A DNA stretch of 62,081 nt, counting the filler, from Sphacelaria rigidula (lineage: Eukaryota), in NCBI GenBank assembly GCA_964200075.2. It is 6 parts of 6 records of this genome, joined end to end, with 100 filler letters (N's around TTAATTAATTAA, not from the genome) between each part and the next. Parts side by side here need not be neighbours in the genome. Positions count along the whole stretch, not along the records: positions 51,819 to 62,081 come from CAXNAA020006838.1; 5 more parts are not named here. One strand, given 5' to 3'. This document shows, piece by piece, positions 60,701 to 62,081 of the stretch (positions are counted from its first letter, which is position 1; each line of letters begins with the position of its first letter). The notes beneath the pieces are model-generated. The model saw only the letters and a list, made by a program, of their open reading frames with translations. It had not been told where the DNA came from and made no database searches. A program made the position numbers and the translations under genes.

Positions 60701-61495
60701 GAGGATCGGACCGCTGAACATCTACAATCCCTTGAAGCCGGACCGGCTCTACGATCTAGATCTGACGCACCGAGATGAGCGGGAGGTTTGCAAGGCAAGT
60801 GCTTTCCCCCACAGTGCAAAATACTATCCCAAGGTTGTGTTGTACCCGGAAGTGGGGAATTCTTGGTTGGATTACAAACCCATACCGAAATGTGTACCGT
60901 ACATTCCGGTATGGTCCGGCAGGGCATTTACCTATAAAAACAATACATATGTTATACTTCTGTACATACCCTGATTTCAGGCGGTATACCCTACAGAACA
61001 CAAACTTGCAATATACAACTATATATTTTGTTACTTCGAGGGAGTGGTGTGTGGCACGGCGAACCCATCGGGGATAGCTACACCCGAACCACTGGAATCC
61101 TTTTCAGTCTGGGACATGCATGTAAAGGTAGCACATGTACGTGTATTTCAGAGTATAGTATTACCGAACAGGATTTCGCTGCTTCGAGTACTCGATGAGA
61201 GCTTGTCGGACGTGATTTTCCCCTGTCAACATTGACGGTATAACCCCCCGCCATTTTGGCAGGTTTAACTCCACAGTACCTCCTTACAGAAAGCCTCGAA
61301 GGCGCACCATCCCCTTTCGTCGGGAACGCACCGCTAAGGCAGTGGAGCACCGACACTGCTTGCTCATATGCTTGCCAACTTTTCTTGTGTTGTTTCCTGC
61401 CATGTAATGTTGGAGCAGTTGCTGGCGAGACTGGCGGCGGAAGAACCGGGAGAGAATTTCGTCGATGAACAATACAGCTGGACGTTCGGACTAAG
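54751..61495 (+). CDS. Partial multi-exon gene, conserved uncharacterised protein with a DUF4476-like region
   Basis: Phase-consistent exons: 57565-57700, 58189-58272 (YVQDYKFALNKLCELQVQMLHHWLTVTQ), 59787-59909 (VMTIVCLFPRCDFLRVIVATKLFDRIVDIENIDLLLQEFTQ), 60678-60794 (AEEDEFLWRIGPLNIYNPLKPDRLYDLDLTHRDEREVCK) and 61419-61495 (LLARLAAEEPGENFVDEQYSWTFGL). A low-complexity acidic exon at 54751-55285 lies upstream but needs an intermediate exon to connect. Weaker candidates are 52836-52996 and 54226-54354. No start or stop codon is in this contig. Confidence 0.8.
55791..56160. mobile_element. MITE-like element with 12-bp TIRs enclosing a 42-bp tandem array
   Basis: ACGTCGGACGAG pairs with CTCGTCCGACGT. 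The unit CGAGTACTCGAGTCATGGCTTGTTGTGGAGAAATTAGTAGGG occurs about 5.6 times at 55867-56104. Confidence 0.8.
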
Positions 61496-61804
61496 GTAAG
61501 GCGACGAATGAAACATACGCGCGCAAGGTAAACGTTAGCTTGATATTATCCTGAGTAATACATACAGACGTTAACCGTGGACGCTATGGCACGTGCGCTA
61601 AGGTAAGCACTTGGTACGTACTTATTTGAACTCTTGAGTTGAAAAAGGAAGTGGACCGTCAGAGATGCTGGGTTGATCCACATCCCGTGCGGGAGAACAT
61701 GTGAACTAAAATGAACTGCGCCATCTGAACCGCTTCAGGGTTTCAGGTTGCATGGCTCCCATATCCCGCAATGATACTGGTGTACAGGACACTTTCTACG
61801 ATAG

Positions 61805-62081
61805 TCCCCCCTCAAAACGTGGCTGGTTTGGGGACGCAAAATCTACACGTAAATCGAGATGAAAAAAGCCGAGCACAACGAGCAGCTGGGAATTCTCACG
61901 CTTGTGTTCGTTTTCGCTAATCATGTCGCCTCCATGAGGCGCTTCATTCAGCCTACAATAAAACCGAACATCAGGTCTTGCATGACCATTTTCTTCGTGA
62001 CAGTTTTGGGCTGGGTTTGGGGGAGGGGGGCGTACTCATTTGTTGCTTGCCTTAGTCGTTCGACCATTGACCACGCATCCC
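61805..62081. repeat. Inverted copy of the 52408-52622 repeat joined to a G-tract/GTACTCAT module at the contig end
   Basis: Direct sequence matches. Confidence 0.75.

Noticed and set aside
3514-61495. Functional gene cluster of protease, MPI and DUF4476-like gene
   Set aside because: The three genes lie on different, artificially joined contigs.

Overview
Eukaryotic nuclear DNA that is intron-rich and dense in transposable elements. Gene and element style suggests a brown alga or related stramenopile (inference). The window is not one locus. It is six contigs of 10,263-10,264 bp joined by identical 100-bp N44-TTAATTAATTAA-N44 linkers, so synteny across linkers is meaningless. Contig 1 (1-10264) holds a complete 9-exon papain-family (C1A, cathepsin L-like) cysteine protease gene. 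Contig 2 (10365-20628) is a nest of LTR retroelements: a decayed Ty3/Gypsy-type gag-PR-RT copy, and a structurally complete 4.6-kb LTR element with a 4-bp TSD that encodes only a Gag-like N-terminal domain followed by tandem coding repeats. That element is inserted inside another LTR, and none of these elements shows a tRNA-type PBS. Contig 3 (20729-30992) holds a full-length but mutated tyrosine-recombinase retrotransposon with A1/B1-A2-B2 split direct repeats (Ngaro-like). Contig 4 (31093-41355) has three exons of a mannose-6-phosphate isomerase, a foldback element and an inverted pair of tRNA-derived SINEs. Contig 5 (41456-51718) has a foldback element and an IS630/Tc1/mariner-like transposase with very long D-E spacing (about DD191E), cut by a nested hAT-like element. 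Contig 6 (51819-62081) has part of a multi-exon gene with a DUF4476-like region and a probable GC-AG intron. No CRISPR, rRNA or true tRNA genes were found.
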